A stretch of DNA of 62,706 nucleotides, filler included, from Nemertoderma westbladi (taxonomy: Eukaryota > Animalia > Xenacoelomorpha), in NCBI GenBank assembly GCA_032718475.1. It is 5 parts of 5 records of this genome, joined end to end, with 100 filler letters (N's around TTAATTAATTAA, not from the genome) between each part and the next. Parts side by side here need not be neighbours in the genome. Positions count along the whole stretch, not along the records: positions 40,407 to 60,588 come from JAUCBJ010003929.1; positions 60,689 to 62,706 come from JAUCBJ010000740.1; 3 more parts are not named here. One strand, written 5' to 3'. A program made the translations under genes and the position numbers. The notes under the pieces were generated by a model. That model made no database searches and was not told the origin of the DNA. It saw only the letters and a list, made by a program, of their open reading frames with translations. Positions 48,936 through 61,030 of the stretch are shown one piece after another; the stretch's first letter is position 1, and every line of letters starts with the position of its first letter.

Positions 48936-50036
48936 ATGTTTGGTGGCACAAAATTCGGATCGGCAGCGCCTCTAGCTGCATCACCCGCATCCATCCCAAC
49001 CACATCGAGTAATGATGTTGTCGTACCCAGTCCCCCAGACGACACGGTCAGTTGTCTGCGATTCAGTCCAGCGGCTCTGAACCCGGCTACTTACCTGATC
49101 GCCGGGAGTTGGGACTCACAAGTCCGTTGCTGGGAAGTTGCTGCGAACGGGCAGTGCCAACCCAAAGCTGCGCAGACTCTCGGTGGCCCAGTGCTGGACG
49201 CGTGTTGGTCGGACGACGGGACCAAAGTGTTCGTCGCCGGCGCAGACAACCAGGGCAAGGTGTGGGACCTCGCCAGCCAGCAGACAACTCAAATAGCTCA
49301 GCACAACGCCCCAATAAAAACAATCCACTGGGTTAAGGGTACCAACTACACCTGCGTTATGACTGGAAGTTGGGATAAAACATTAAAGTTCTGGGACTTG
49401 CGCAGCGCTAATCCAATTATGAATCTTCAGCTCCCAGATAAATGCTACGCCGCCGACGTGCTGTTCCCCATGGCTGTAGTCGTTACCGCACAGCGATCCG
49501 TTGTGGTTTATAACCTCGATCCGCAACCCTCTGAATACACGAAACTTTCCGACTCCCCTCTAAAATTCCAACACCGTTGTGTTTCCATCTTTAAAGATAA
49601 ATCTAAGAATATTCCCATGGGTTACGCTCTCGGCTCTATAGAGGGTCGTTGTGCTATACAATACATCCAGCCTGTCCTTCCGAAGGACAACTTTACCTTC
49701 AAATGCCATCGGGATAGCCCAGCAAACAGCAGCACTGTTCAAGACCTTTACCCTGTGAACGATATCGCGTGCCATCCAGTTCATTACACTCTGGCTACAG
49801 TCGGTTCGGATAAGAAGTACGCCTTCTGGGATAAAGATGCCCGCACTAAGCTTAAAGGCTCGGATGCATTCGATCAGCAGTTGACTTGTTGTAACTTCAG
49901 CAACATGGGTAACATATTCGCTTTTGCGACAGGTTACGATTGGACCAAGGGACACGACCAGTATAATCCCGCCAAGAAACCCATAATTTACCTACACGCG
50001 GCCGACGAAGATTTAAAACCCAGAACCAAGAAATAA
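48936..50036 (+). CDS. RAE1: mRNA export factor Rae1/Gle2 (WD40), intronless
   Basis: [71 protein letters not shown]. Confidence 0.97.
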   Translation: MFGGTKFGSAAPLAASPASIPTTSSNDVVVPSPPDDTVSCLRFSPAALNPATYLIAGSWDSQVRCWEVAANGQCQPKAAQTLGGPVLDACWSDDGTKVFVAGADNQGKVWDLASQQTTQIAQHNAPIKTIHWVKGTNYTCVMTGSWDKTLKFWDLRSANPIMNLQLPDKCYAADVLFPMAVVVTAQRSVVVYNLDPQPSEYTKLSDSPLKFQHRCVSIFKDKSKNIPMGYALGSIEGRCAIQYIQPVLPKDNFTFKCHRDSPANSSTVQDLYPVNDIACHPVHYTLATVGSDKKYAFWDKDARTKLKGSDAFDQQLTCCNFSNMGNIFAFATGYDWTKGHDQYNPAKKPIIYLHAADEDLKPRTKK

Positions 50037-50545
50037 GTATGACTCGATGGTTACTAAACTTGTTATTAGTATCGGCGGTAACCAAAAGCGCATTTACTGT
50101 TATAATAAGGCCAAAAATTCTTCATCCCGGGCCTAAATGTGCTTATAAACTGCGGCGCCAACGTAAACATTTATTGAATTTATAGCTTAACTTGAGACTT
50201 CAATTAAAAATAACCAAAAATTCACCAAAACTTATCTACAAGACTACAAGATGTAATTTTGATTTTAATATAAATATATACCAAATATATTATATTACAT
50301 GGATAATTACAGGGAATTAAATGTATTCCATTTGTGATTGTTTTTATTTTCTCTTCCCCATTGCATTAATGCAACCCATCAACCAACGTCACACACTTTT
50401 ATGTGCACTATACGGATACGCTGTATAGTGTTGTAGTATAGTATCAAATCAAGCAATCAAACATGTGCAAGGCGGCGGGGTGGTGTTAATTCCACACAAC
50501 CATTGCAACTTTATTTATCATTGCATCTCAACACTCCTCGCATCA

Positions 50546-52155
50546 ATGATATAATTTTTATAATGCAAACATGAAATGTATAACTTCACAGCTTCACAGC
50601 CACTATAATGAGCTCAGACTACATTATTTATTATCTTTATAAGCCATCATTTTATTATTAAGGAAATTCAGTTTCAGAACTTTACTTTGGCAGAAGAGGA
50701 ACCTATTTCAGCCAGTAATCGATAGTTTATGTATCTTAACTCCTACACTCAAAGTTGCGTAGATATAAGCGCGGTATTCAAGGCCACTAAACTATATATA
50801 TTCAGATACACTAGGCCTATACGAACTACGAAGTAGTATTAGGATCGAGGCTTTTATATAATTGACATTATTGGAATAACAACACGTAATAAACGATTCC
50901 TGCATACCAGTGACTAGGGCTCGATCGGAGTTTTTATTTTGCCGGAGCCGGAGTGGAAAAAAAATTGCCGGAGTTTGACCGGAGCCGGAGTTTCTTTCCC
51001 TATGTGTATTTTCCCTATATCCGGACCGGGTCGCCGTCGTTAGTACTAATATCCGGGTCGCCGTCGTCGGTACTCATATCCGGGCACCGGGTCACCGTCG
51101 TTGGTACTTATATCCTGGTCGCGGACAGAACTCCTTGCATCATTCTCAGTCCATTCCCCTTCCAGAATTATAGTACATATAGCTGTATGTATAGTAGTAC
51201 CTACAGTAGCTTGAGGTGCGGGATTGTCAGACTGTGTATTCAAGCTGTCAGGTAGGCCTACCGCTACCAGTACAGCAGTTCCGGAATTAGATTAAGTCAG
51301 TGAGTACAGAAGTCAGGAAGTAGTACCGGTACTACAGTACTACTGTACTGCTGTAGTACTACCAGTAGGCCTACCTGCTACCAGCCTGCCAGTAAATCTA
51401 AGTTATTTAGTATTACACTGCCTGACTGCTTTACCAGTTTACTGCAGTACTGTAGTATAGTAATACTGTAATAATAGTAGTATCAAAGTAGTACAGTCAG
51501 ACAGTACTGCAGTACTACCGGTACTGGACAGCTGGAGTAGGCTATTGGAGTACCGTACACTGGAATATACTGCTGCCATATGCCTATCTGCCTATACTAG
51601 CCTATATATTATGTACATTAATATAAAACATACATTATTAAAAAAACTCCGGCTCCGGTGATTTTTCTAACTCGCTCCGGTTCGGAGCCGGAACTCCGAT
51701 CGAGCCCTACCAGTGACCCCATTTTGTACATTTTAATTTGAAATACATATGATATAATTTTTATAATGCAAACATGAAATGTATAACTTAACAGTTGAGC
51801 TTCACAGCCACTATAATGAGCTCAGACTACATTATTTATTATCTTTATAAGCCATCATTTTATTATTAAGGAAATTCAGTTTCAGAACTTTACTTTGGCA
51901 GAAGAGGAACCTATTTCAGCCAGTAATCGATAGTTTATGTATCTTAACTCCTACACTCAAAGTTGCGTAGATATAAGCGCGGTATTCAAGGCCACTAAAC
52001 TATATATATTCAGATACACTAGGCCTATACGAACTACGAATTAGTATTAGGATCGAGGCTTTTATATAATTGACATTATTGGAATAACAACACGTAATAA
52101 ACGATTCCTGCATACCAGTGACCCCATTTTGTACATTTTAATTTGAAATACATAT
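50546..52155 (+). repeat. Tandem duplication of about 405 bp directly upstream of the cornichon CDS; first copy interrupted by a hAT MITE
   Basis: Copy A 50546-50914 plus 51718-51750; copy B about 51749-52155; near-identical. Confidence 0.93.
50915..51709. mobile_element. hAT-family MITE (same TIRs as 46698-47501, different interior)
   Basis: TIR TAGGGCTCGATCGGAG; TSD CCAGTGAC at 50907-50914 and 51710-51717; single CCAGTGAC at the empty site in copy B. Confidence 0.95.
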
Positions 52156-52166
52156 TGAGGGCGAAT

Positions 52167-52589
52167 ATGTCTGGGGTTATACTAATGTTGATATTTAATA
52201 TGGTCGATATATTTCTATTGTGTCTCACTCAACTCTCGGTTCTTATGATACTATCGGATCTGGAATGCGACTATATCAACGCCAAACAGTGCTGTTACAA
52301 ACTCAACTGGCGCGTTTTACCAGAAATTATCGGCAATTGTTTGATAGTAACTGGACTGCTGATATTTTTCCGATATATATTGTTGTTACTCACTGTGCCG
52401 ATGTTGGCTTGGCTTTTGTACAAGTATAAGTCAGTTCCTCTCGGCTATATAGGCATGTACGATCCTTTGGAGATTCATAATAGAGGACAACTGAAAACTC
52501 ATATACGGGACACAATGTTCAAATTACTATTCTATATTATCTTGTTCTTCGTCTTTGTCTGGACAACGGTAATTACAGCTATTTCATAG
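52167..52589 (+). CDS. CNIH4: Cornichon homolog 4-type ER cargo receptor, intronless
   Basis: LSDLECDYINAKQCCYKLN..VLPE and YDPLEIHNRGQLKTH; three hydrophobic segments; first ATG at 52167. Confidence 0.92.
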   Translation: MSGVILMLIFNMVDIFLLCLTQLSVLMILSDLECDYINAKQCCYKLNWRVLPEIIGNCLIVTGLLIFFRYILLLLTVPMLAWLLYKYKSVPLGYIGMYDPLEIHNRGQLKTHIRDTMFKLLFYIILFFVFVWTTVITAIS

Positions 52590-53578
52590 TATTTACATTC
52601 ATCGATGTACCTAATATACGGTGACATGCAAAAATATGCACTACATTTAGGAGATCAATTTGTGGCCATCATGCATAGTAAGTCATCTAATTTGTATATA
52701 TACATATATGCGATGTATGCACTCAATTACTGATTATGTTTTCTGTACGCATTATTTTTTTGATGCAATATTTTGAGACCATCAAAATATTTTTAGATGT
52801 TACCTAATTGAGAGAACACAAGTTTTATTTGAAGTGTATAAATCTAGTATAAAAAACATTAGTAGCATTCAATCTGCCAGATTCTTCCAAAGATAACGAA
52901 ATTTGTTTTCGGGTCAATATCTAACAAAATATATATCTATCTATTATAAAAATATTTGGATTTTTGTCATAAAATTATTGCCCTGACACTAAACATTTAT
53001 CTTACGGCAATATGTACCCGGCTAATATGCCAGTAGTGATAGTAGAATACGAGAGGACTGCATTCATGTGCCCCGCTTCTATCAATTTGGTGCCATTTAA
53101 AGGCATTTTGGTGTAACCTAGATCAGCTTCGTAATTTGGTGGCTTTAATTTCCATATTATGGTGGTAAATAAATTTATTAGTTACTTATAATTATTTGGT
53201 GGAATTCAGTTCTTGTATAACCACTCAGGACGTTATTTTTATTCGTATTATTTTTGTGTTATTATTATATTTTCGGTATTAGACGTGCCTTACACAATGA
53301 TATTATCGTAAAATAATATTATCACATGTCATAATAATTGGTGATATATCATTTCATTTGCATTGAACTATTAATCACATTCAAATTGTTTGTTGATTAT
53401 AAAGTGTATCACCCTCGTTCCCAGCTAATTGCTACGCCGTCATGTTATATATAATATTGATTGAATAACTCATTACACACTTTCCATACTACTAAACTAT
53501 GCGAATGATATACACTTGGTAGTGGACCTGGCACGCAATACGTCACCCATTTCCATAGTGAAATCAAGATAAATCTAA

Positions 53579-53827
53579 ATGGCACGTGATCCGTGTCAGA
53601 AGTACGCGTGCGCGATTCAGACGTGTTTGGAGAAACGCAACTATAAGCGGGAACGTTGTGAGGAGACGATAGAGGCAATGTTTCAGTGTTGCGTCGCTTA
53701 TAAAACTCGTAACCCGACCACAGAGCCGCCTTCCAAGATCTGTGAGGGGTTCCTAAAGAATCCGGCCTACAAAGATAGACTGAAAACATTAACGAACCAA
53801 TCAGATGGATTAGATACACGGGAGTGA
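53579..53827 (+). CDS. CMC4: Cx9C motif-containing protein 4 (p8 MTCP1-like), intronless
   Basis: DPCQKYACAIQTCL..RNY....C...I..M..CC...SKICEGF. Confidence 0.88.
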   Translation: MARDPCQKYACAIQTCLEKRNYKRERCEETIEAMFQCCVAYKTRNPTTEPPSKICEGFLKNPAYKDRLKTLTNQSDGLDTRE

Positions 53828-53974
53828 TAATAAAAGGGAGGGGGGGGGGGGGGGGGGGGTAATGTGTAATGGAATTGTAACAATGATATTATCATTACCA
53901 ATTTTAGATATAAGAATATAAATTATTACAACAAATAATATTTATTTGAAAAATACGTTATTTTCTCTATCATA

Positions 53975-54179
53975 CTATCTTATATTAGATAACTGATGAG
54001 GCGGAATGCAACGGCCAGGGGGTCAATGTTAACATATTAAAGTTAACATATGTCAGTGTCAGTCGTATGGTGGAAATAAGGGTCTTCCCCGGCTAATGAT
54101 ATAACGTGAATGACGTTGTTATAACAATTGACCCCCTGGCCGTTGCATGCCGCCTCATCAGTTATGTAATATATGATAG
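53975..54179. mobile_element. MITE/hairpin with about 55-bp inverted termini
   Basis: CTATCTTATATTAGATAACTGATGAGGCGGAATGCAACGGCCAGGGGGTCAAT is mirrored at about 54127-54179 with few mismatches. Confidence 0.8.
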
Positions 54180-55420
54180 AAACATCCTTCTTGACGATAT
54201 GGACGTGCTAGACAATGACGCTATTAGCTTCTCCCTAACTCTGATATTTAATTTAAAATAAAACAATATTATTCAGTATAACAATATTAGTAAACTTTAT
54301 TTCTCATCGGCACCGGGAATGAAAATGAAATAGTGATGAGTAACAGGTTCATTTTACTAATATAAATAACACGTCAATGATATAGGGTATGTGTACGGAC
54401 TAACAGTCTAGAAACTAATCATGTTGTCAATTTCACAGAAGGCACCTTCACATTTTATAGTCAATATTCAGTTACCATGGTTATAATATAATATTTCACC
54501 TTTCTTATTTCCAAATTATGTTTATACTACACCAAGACTTGTATTCAAAACCAGATTGATATTCTCTCTAAGTTTAATGCAAGTCCCACATTTCTAGTTA
54601 GGTATGTTATACCATTGATTTGTTCCACGAACGAAATATGTTAATAAATAGCAGTTCGGAGTATCTCAAGGCCCAATTGGCATGTTTTATCATTCAAATT
54701 GCACGATCGCAATTCTCGGCATGACAGCCTGTCCAGCTAAATGACGCCCTAATACATATCCACATATGATGAATTCGCAAAATGGCAACAAAAGACAAGT
54801 TATTTACAAGTAATCATACATCATAAGGCCCTCATTAGGGCCGGTGATTAAAAGGACACACTGCTACCTCCCGGAACGATACCATAGCAAACCAGGACAG
54901 ACTCAACAAGATCTCCCAATCAGGCCTACCGCAGTAATTACCGTGGAAGCCCTGTATTCGCATCCTCATTGCCAGGGCTACATTCCCTTTTGCCGACTGA
55001 TTATCCCGCCATTGGCATGCTAAATTGCTCGTCTTGTTTGTTTGTAATGCAAACTGTTAGAGAGGAAGGTTATTAAGTTGGACCTCTAGGCCATAACCGT
55101 GGTTGATGAAAGTGAAACACGTTTACGAAGTGGGTAAGAACTTATTAAAAACGTCCTAATCAATTAACCAATTTTGTATTTAGATGACTAGAAGGCATAG
55201 AAAGTTGTGCATTAAAATTCAGTATAATTATATCATTGATGATCAGACTGAGTAGCCCCGAATTAATTCATTTAGCCTATCCAAAACAATTTAAAGAATT
55301 TTTATTGGTTTTTATGTCTCAACAGTTTATGTGAGGGGTTGACGTTCTGATAATAATAAATTTACACAACAGCTCTCATAATCATAGTATTTTACTTTTT
55401 ATTGCTCTTAATTTCAACAG

Positions 55421-56422
55421 GCCCCCGCAGTAAGCGACGAAAACAGAAGCTTGCCAACGAGAAACGTCCGCGAACAGCCTTCTCTGGGGACCAACTCAAG
55501 ATCTTGAGATTTGAGTTCCAGGAAAACAGGTAAGGCCTGTCTGTTTGATTGTCGCTCTTAATAAGGCGGCTGTTAAATCTAAAAGGTGTGAAAAAAGTGC
55601 AGGTTTAGAAAATTTAAGGATTTAGAAAAAATGAATGTCAGAGAATAAAACGAATTTCCAAACGCAATAGTAATGTTTTTTCCCCCCTCACTTTATGTTA
55701 AATTTTTTAGTGAATCAGTTACCAATTAAAGAAAAACTTTTAGTATGAAATTTCCAAGGCGTTGAGTTCTTAACTCACGGTTTGCTTTTTATACCTACGA
55801 CGTTATTACTGCGCCGCCGCATTATTTCAGTTCAACTTCGTTTTGTATTTCACTGAATATTTCCTCGTCAGACCCATGAGCTATTGTTCATTATTATTTA
55901 ACAGTAAATGACCTGGAATAATAACCAAATGGGCCAAATAACTGTAACTTGTTTATAACCGTACAGACAGAGCCGATAACACTGACAATGTATGTAATTT
56001 TTATAATAAAATTATAATAGACCCTAAAAAAAGTAAAGTAATAAAAAGTAAATTTTCTTCGGCCGCAAAAATCGGTAGAACCTTGGACCCTAAAAAGTAC
56101 TACAACTGAATGTACTGTATATAAATCTAAAACTATAATATTGACTTTTACCAGGTACCTCACAGAAAAACGACGTCAGGATTTATCAAAGTCACTGGGG
56201 CTCCATGAAAACCAAGTAAAGATCTGGTTTCAGAACAAGCGTGCGAAGATGAAGAAACAGGGTGGGGTCAGGTCTGAGTTAGCCCTACATCTAATGGCAC
56301 AAGGTCTTTACAACCACAGAATATCTAATGACACTCAGAATCGGGAAACTAATATATACAATAACTCGTCACCCAATGATGATAATCAAGATACTTTCAC
56401 TTTCAACCAGTTTAACGCTTAA
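55421..56422 (+). CDS. en: Engrailed-class homeobox gene, last two exons (55421-55529 and 56155-56422)
   Basis: GPRSKR (EH3), [13 protein letters not shown]...FQENR|[10 protein letters not shown]...[13 protein letters not shown] (homeodomain) and [13 protein letters not shown] (EH5); canonical GT-AG phase-2 intron. Confidence 0.95.
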
Positions 56423-56654
56423 AACTATTTACAATTAATTGAGTTTTATTAATTAATGTATAGGTTATTAGCATACATCTGTGTTGGACCAAGATAAGCC
56501 AATTTGAGTAGAGCAAAGTTTTCCTTTGCTTAATTTCCTCACATATTATGTCCTAATAAATTTTAGTTTCATTACCGATAGACTGAAGCATCATACCTTT
56601 ATTTCACTCGTTATATAGATAGAGATACTACAGTACATTAGATACTACAGTATA

Positions 56655-58241
56655 TTATTGTTTATAGCAATCACTAAGATCAAAAAGCCGCATTATAGTT
56701 TCATTATATTCGTCTGCCTCGAGACCATTCTCTACAAACTGCGGAAGTTTACGTATATTAATCGAGCGAGCACCATCTATCAACGGTTCTAGGAACTGGT
56801 TGCACTGAGAGGAGCTTTCAACACTGGAGAGAACAGCCAATTGGGAAGGCGATAGGATGCCAGGGAAGGGGTGATTGGTTGAGAGTGGGTCGCCAATAGT
56901 AACCGCTTCTGATTGCTTTGACATTGCGGTTCGCACGTACATCTCTAGGAGATCTTGGGGCGAGGCGCATTGGTGCAGTAAACCTTGGCCTGATAGAGGC
57001 GTATTGCAAGACGACCAATCGAACGCGCTAAATCCTCGCAAAGTCACCCATTGGCTGCCGGTTAGGGCGGGATATTTGAATCCGGGAGTGAGAGGTACTA
57101 GGGGCGGCTGGTCGGCCCATACAGACAGAGTGTCCGCCAAACCTTCAGCCAACGGGAAAGGTAAACAGACGGAAGTCGCAGCAAGTCTGCGTCCGAAACC
57201 GTTCAAACTTCCCGCCAAATCCGCCGCTCTATACAACCTGTCTTTAAGTCGGAAGGGAGACGTAAGAGTGTCTATAGAAGCTGCTAGAATAGCGGAAGTG
57301 TGGTAGGCTAGATGGGGTTTATAGGAAACCCCTGGTAGTACTCGAGAGTTGTACTTACTGAAATTAGAGTTGAGACTCAGGGGGAGAAATAAGTCTAAAT
57401 TATCGCTAAAATAATCTACAGATAAAACCATATTAATGTGCCGACATAATCTGTCTGCACGATCGTTGTTTTCTGCGCAGTAAGGTACGACGATGTGCGC
57501 TATTTTAGTTTTGCTGACGTATTCGTCGGCTAATTCGGTTATGGTTTCCCACGCAACCCCAGCGAACCCATCGTGGGCGTCTACGATTAGATTAAACGCC
57601 TGTAGGTTGTCGCACTCCTCGGAGAAGTAGCGAAGTCGGTCGTTCCACTGCTCCCGCGGTTCGGTTCCATCGCGGAACGCGGAACGGCCGTTGGGGAGCG
57701 CGGAGAACGAATCGGAACGTTCCGATGCGGGGGGAACACCGTGAATGGGGAACACCGATCTGGGGTGGAGGTGCGGAACGAGGTAGTCGGACCAGTAGCG
57801 GACGAGTTCCTCCATCCGGTAGGACCTCTTGGGAACCGCGTCGACTTCTAACTCGTCCGACGGACTTCCATCCTGCACCCCGGACGGGCCTCCCTCTAAC
57901 TCCTCCAGAAAGGGATTCTTCTCCACCCTCGGTTGTTCCACCACTTCCACTCCGAACTGCCCCGCCTCACCGCGACTAACCGTCTCCGTTCCGTACAGTT
58001 CCCCGTGCTGCTTCAGGGATCCCAGATTGGCCGCCAACTCGCACACTATTAAACGAGGCGTGTAGGTTTCCTCTCCAGACAGAGTCTCTCCGCAGCGGTG
58101 CAACACGTCCGGGTCTATTTCGTTGCTATTGGTTACCTCACCTCCGTAGGACAGATTGAATTCCTGGATATTCCACCAATGGGCCCCAACATAGTTCGAA
58201 TAATTACCCAACTGAAACGTTAATATTTCGCGGCAGGACAT
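56655..58241 (-). CDS. MSTO1: Misato/Dml1 tubulin-like protein, intronless
   Basis: REILTFQLGNYSNYVGAHWWNIQE, TYTPRL, YWSDYL..HLHPRS, FSEECDNLQAF, YHTSAILAASIDT; ATG at 58241. Confidence 0.95.
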   Translation of the reverse strand: MSCREILTFQLGNYSNYVGAHWWNIQEFNLSYGGEVTNSNEIDPDVLHRCGETLSGEETYTPRLIVCELAANLGSLKQHGELYGTETVSRGEAGQFGVEVVEQPRVEKNPFLEELEGGPSGVQDGSPSDELEVDAVPKRSYRMEELVRYWSDYLVPHLHPRSVFPIHGVPPASERSDSFSALPNGRSAFRDGTEPREQWNDRLRYFSEECDNLQAFNLIVDAHDGFAGVAWETITELADEYVSKTKIAHIVVPYCAENNDRADRLCRHINMVLSVDYFSDNLDLFLPLSLNSNFSKYNSRVLPGVSYKPHLAYHTSAILAASIDTLTSPFRLKDRLYRAADLAGSLNGFGRRLAATSVCLPFPLAEGLADTLSVWADQPPLVPLTPGFKYPALTGSQWVTLRGFSAFDWSSCNTPLSGQGLLHQCASPQDLLEMYVRTAMSKQSEAVTIGDPLSTNHPFPGILSPSQLAVLSSVESSSQCNQFLEPLIDGARSINIRKLPQFVENGLEADEYNETIMRLFDLSDCYKQ

Positions 58242-60588
58242 GTTATACAAAGAATATAAAATAAAAGTAACCACCTAGTATATAATGTAATAGGACAATA
58301 TGATAATGCTCTCCATAGCGAAAAATATACTTAAACTTACTTATTATTATTAATGTCCACTACCGGTACCTGTATCGCTGTATCATCCCGGATACGGCCT
58401 ATGTGTATCCTTAGTGTGTAGCGCAATAGCTTAGTAGCTCTGAACTAAAGTAATTTGTTAATGGACCGATATAATTATACTGTTAGGGTAGGAATGCGGA
58501 GTTACCTGACGCAAGTCTACTACCAGTACAGAAACATTATCTGCTACAGTTGTCAGACTGTTCACTAACATGACTATAAAATTACAAGAGTTTGAATTTC
58601 CCACCAGAATACTTTTTTGGTGGTTGCCTAGCTACTATGGTAAAGTCTAAATGCTATTTGATTCAAACTAATTACATAACGCTATAAATAAATAAAACCC
58701 ATTGTACCATTACGGTAAACTCCGCTAATAAACCTTCCACTGGATTCATATATCTCTCATAAATGTATTCCATTCTTAAATCGTGGATAACGCAGGTAAA
58801 ACTTGCGACTTGACTTCCGATTCTCTTCTAAATGTACTTGAATATAATAATAATATTCCAGAATTACTTTCTAGTACAATTAATAAGGATAATAATAATG
58901 GCAGACCCAGACAGATGTCGTAGACAGTGACTCATCATAATGGTATGGCTATAAGGATGAGGTAGTAATTGGGTGCCCCCCCCCCCCCCCCCGCCGGTAA
59001 TAAACTTTTGAATTATCAAATAACCAATTTATTGAGTAACGACGTTATGTACACATAATATATGGATATTAAATTGATGTGTTTTTTACAAACCAGAAAT
59101 TGAAAAAAATGAGAAATTATGCGAAACTTGACAAAATTAAAGAGCATTTAAGTTAAAATAATAGCACAACAGAAAGAAATGAAAACTACCAACGACAGCA
59201 CAATATTTACAGGATGGGAAACCAAATTATTATTTCCCCACAGCCGTCAGTGTTTCGATTATTTTATTTGATAAAATTAATCTGAAATTCTCAGGGCGAA
59301 GGGACACAGACAACGGACAGGTCCTTGTACAATATGGAGGGCCCAAACCTTAACCCTTTTTTTTTGTCATAAAGAGATTCTGTCATAAATAAAGCCCGCG
59401 CAAAAACAGTCCCAAACTCGTGCACGAGTTACCCAGGATACGAATTGTCCGGACACTAGTTGTCCGTAGTTTATTTGTCCGGACACTGTCTCCCCGGACA
59501 AGAAGTGTTATCATAACTTACTGCACTGATATCGGTAGCGCAACATTGCAAACACAGAACTAGGCAAGTAAAGACGCAAAGAAAAAAGTCGGCAAATCCA
59601 AATACATTAAACCTACAAACCCCAATAATTCATAAGTGAATAAAATCAAAAACTTAAAAAACTCAAAAATAAATAGATACGTTCAGTAAACATATTATTT
59701 ATATATAGAGATTTCATATAATTTCTTAAGAAGTTAGCATAAAAGTAAAAAACAATTACATTATAATTGTCTGACTATTATTATAATTTCCTAAAAATGA
59801 AAAAAGAAAAGTGAATAAAATTAAGTAAACAAACAATAAAGTTCGCTGTGGTGCTGGCTGATGGGTGTTTGTGCGGAAAAGTATACATCGATAAATCTGG
59901 GAACATATATAGTAGCAATTCTGGAACCAATATCACATACAAGTACAACAATGTCAAAATAATAAAGGAGTGGGACTTTAATCCACACCAAAATAAACAT
60001 TTCCCACTCAACTAAATTAATAGTAAAAAATAACTTGCCCGCGCCATAGACATTGCGTTAATTAAAGAAGGACACAAATTAATTAATAAAAGGGACAATA
60101 ATAGCGGAAAATTACGATCTCAAATTAAGTAGATTAAAGTTATTTATTATGTGAGAAGAAATTAATTGGTTTGACAAAAAAGTAATCAAGTCAATCAGGT
60201 CTGGGTCTGTCTGCATCGGACTGCTGTTTGTCGCTCTTGTTAACTTTGTAAGAGGCGCCATTAGTCTGAGAGTAGGAAACACTCTGTCAGCACAAACCGT
60301 GACCCTTAAAACGTACCGCGTCGTCTGTATGGTAATGATACAACCGCTTTTGAGCCAACAATTTAATGATCAACAATATTTGAGATATATTTACAGACAT
60401 ATAAAATTACAAAGCCAAGATACAACACTAGCTAATGTTCTAGAATATCTCAACTGCAACAATTAATTTCTGATATGCCTGGGAGTTGGGTAAAATGAAA
60501 ATTCATGTTTCAATTTTTAATTGACATGAAAGTCCCTGTTTGTTTGTTTGTATAACTAATGACATTGACATAAAGTAATCTAGTAAAT

Positions 60589-60688
60589 NNNNNNNNNNNN
60601 NNNNNNNNNNNNNNNNNNNNNNNNNNNNNNNNTTAATTAATTAANNNNNNNNNNNNNNNNNNNNNNNNNNNNNNNNNNNNNNNNNNNN
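60589..60688. other. Assembly spacer
   Basis: N44-TTAATTAATTAA-N44. Confidence 0.97.
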
Positions 60689-61030
60689 CAGTCACTAGCT
60701 AGGATGGGAACTTTAACTGCAAACATAAGTTTGCATACTCAATCAACTTTAATCTACAAAATACTGGATCCAACGGATTTAGGATTTCAAACCTGATTAA
60801 GAGCCATGTGTTCCATGTGTTCCCGTACCAAACAGGAATGTTTCTCCTCTTCATCTCCTACAAAAATACCTACAAAAATGGTCCTGACCCCTGGAAGTAA
60901 AACAAAAAGTCCCCACTATAATTTCTAATCAATTTAGGTGTATTTTTTTACATTTTTTCAAATGTTCTAGAACTAACTGTTTAAAAAAATAAATATAGCT
61001 AGAGGAATCGTCATGTTCTATATAGATTTC

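Noticed and set aside
53993-54040. CTGATGAG hammerhead core (also at about 11739)
   Set aside because: No stem II followed by GAAA and no cleavage triplet geometry; explained by a TIR and a SINE head respectively.
60199-60331. Possible hydrophobic exon (VCIGLLFVALVNFVRG)
   Set aside because: Weak acceptor without a pyrimidine tract, no partner exon and no recognisable homology.
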